NCBI GenBank assembly: GCA_963841435.1
Contig: CAWJCS010000005.1
Location: 160,001-224,000 of the forward strand
Source: an uncultured delta proteobacterium
GTDB lineage: Bacteria; Myxococcota_A; Polyangia; Polyangiales; Polyangiaceae
Reading direction: 5' to 3'
DNA: 64,000 nucleotides
Notes under the pieces: model-generated
The model's input: the letters and a program-made list of their open reading frames with translations, nothing else
Database searches by the model: none
What the model was told of the DNA's origin: nothing
Part shown: in pieces, positions 62,515 through 64,000 of the stretch
How positions within the stretch are numbered: position 1 is the first letter of the stretch
Layout: each line of letters opens with the position of its first letter
Translations under genes and position numbers: made by a program

Positions 62515-63771
62515 TCAGTTGCAGGTCGCCGTCGTATCGTTGCCGCCGCAGCTACAGGGGCCGAACCGGTTGACGAGCCGATCGACCTCGCACTGGGGGA
62601 GCATCGGGTTGCTCGAGACGCTGAGCTGGCCGACGGACACGAGCGCGTCGAGATTGCCGAGTGTCGGGAGCACGACGTTGCCCGCGATGGCGAGCGCTCC
62701 GGCGTTCTCGAGCGCCGAGAGGTCGAGCGAGACGAGCGAGATATTTCCCGTGACCGAGAGCGAATCGGCACTCTTGAGGCCCGGCAGCGCGAAGCTTGCC
62801 AGGGCGGCATTGCTGGCGCCGGTGAAGTTTCCCACGTCCTCGAGATCGTCGAGGCCGTCGAGCGCCTCGAGCTTGGCGTTGCCGGCAAGCGTCACGCTAC
62901 TGGTGGCCCTGATGTGATGGACGCCCTGGAGCGAGGTGAGGGCGTCGTTGGCAACCACCACGAGGCTCACGAGCATTCGTTCGGTGCCGCCGAGCGCCGC
63001 AACGCTCGTCAGCGCTGCATTGCTCGAGATCACGAGCGACTTGGTCGCCGAGTTCGAGCCCAGGAGCCGCAAGGATTCGAGCCCCGCAAGGTCCACGAGC
63101 ACGGGGTTGTCCGTCAGGACGAACGAGCCGTCGATCTGCTCCAGGCCGGCGAGCCCTTCGATGCTCGTGAGCGCCGCGTTCTGATTGACCACGAGATCCG
63201 CGGTGATCACGCGAAGAGGGCTCGGTGCGAGCGCATCGAGATCGGCCAGGGTCAACAAATCGATCGCGAGCGTGCCGTTCAGGACCTCGCAACCGAGCAT
63301 CCGGAACGCCGCGAGGTCGGCTTCGGTCGCGATGGTGACGTCGTCGTCACAGGCGACGGCGCATCCAACACCGTCAACGCACGTCTCGCCCGTGGCGCAG
63401 TCGGCGCTCGTCGTGCACTCGCCCAGCGCTCCACCCGCGCCGGCCTCGGCCTCACCCGCCATGCCCATGCCGCTCGTGCCACCTCGCCCGCCCTGCCCCC
63501 CGCTACCGCCGCGCCCCCCGCTACCACCCGTGCCGCCCGTGGCGCCTCCACCCGTCCCGGACGTCGCACCGCCGGTGCCGACGGCGGCGCTGCCGCCCGT
63601 GCCGCCGGTGCTGCTGCCACCTGTGCCGACGCGACCCGCACCCGCCCCACCGGTGCCGGAGCTCGCTCGCCCACCCGCACCGGAGTCGCTCGCCGTGCTC
63701 TTGCCGCACGCAGCGAGCGCGGCCGCCACCCCAATCGAAACCCGCAGACCCACCTGAACCCGCGACACCAT
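62515..63771 (-). CDS. Receptor-L-domain/LRR lipoprotein
   Basis: Lipobox LAAC; repeated L..L..I.G.L.I..N..L..L.GL units; LPQCEV C-terminal cap. Confidence 0.85.
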   Translation of the reverse strand: MVSRVQVGLRVSIGVAAALAACGKSTASDSGAGGRASSGTGGAGAGRVGTGGSSTGGTGGSAAVGTGGATSGTGGGATGGTGGSGGRGGSGGQGGRGGTSGMGMAGEAEAGAGGALGECTTSADCATGETCVDGVGCAVACDDDVTIATEADLAAFRMLGCEVLNGTLAIDLLTLADLDALAPSPLRVITADLVVNQNAALTSIEGLAGLEQIDGSFVLTDNPVLVDLAGLESLRLLGSNSATKSLVISSNAALTSVAALGGTERMLVSLVVVANDALTSLQGVHHIRATSSVTLAGNAKLEALDGLDDLEDVGNFTGASNAALASFALPGLKSADSLSVTGNISLVSLDLSALENAGALAIAGNVVLPTLGNLDALVSVGQLSVSSNPMLPQCEVDRLVNRFGPCSCGGNDTTATCN

Positions 63772-63880
63772 GGCGAAAGGGTGCAACCCCAAAACGCGCG
63801 TGTCAACGCGTGACACGCGGCCGCCGTCCTCGGCCCAGGAACCAGTTGACCCGGCGCGCGCCCGTGACCATGGTGAGGCC

Positions 63881-64000
63881 GTGCGTGTCCTCGCAGCGCT
63901 CGATTTCGGCGATTCGTCACTCGAAGGGCTACGTCAGGCGCGCACGCTCGCGCACGCCGTCAACGGGACGCTCGCCGTCGTGCACGTGCTGCCGACGGTC
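63881..64000 (+). CDS. Universal stress protein, N-terminus (runs off right edge; absent from ORF track)
   Basis: GTG start, MRVLAALDFGDSSLEGLRQARTLAHAVNGTLAVVHVLP, a typical USP beta1-alpha1-beta2; TTGACC-N17-CATGGT upstream. Confidence 0.75.
   Translation, partial: MRVLAALDFGDSSLEGLRQARTLAHAVNGTLAVVHVLPTV

Overview
High-GC bacterial DNA with a Myxococcota (Polyangiaceae/Sorangium-like) signature: three Ser/Thr kinases, FHA-domain signalling proteins, MYXO-CTERM-type tails and many Gly/Cys-rich lipoproteins. About 54 coding regions are densely packed. I saw no rRNA, tRNA, CRISPR array or mobile element. Recognisable genes include kup, lolA, ruvC, yhhQ, yhbY, orn, ilvY-ilvC, xylB and pstS. 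Seven genes carry single-base frameshifts that look like sequencing errors. The most interesting loci are: (1) a bacterial tetraether-synthase (Tes/MJ0619)-like radical SAM enzyme beside a coupled aminotransferase-LuxE-LuxC operon and a membrane phosphoesterase, a candidate lipid-modification locus; (2) a large membrane P-loop ATPase paired with an MscS channel, next to a Kup/KimA-like transporter fused to two USP domains; (3) a recurrent leaderless-promoter architecture; (4) an enterobacterial-style IlvY operator pair in front of a plant-type KARI. All family assignments come from motif recognition by eye; no searches were run.
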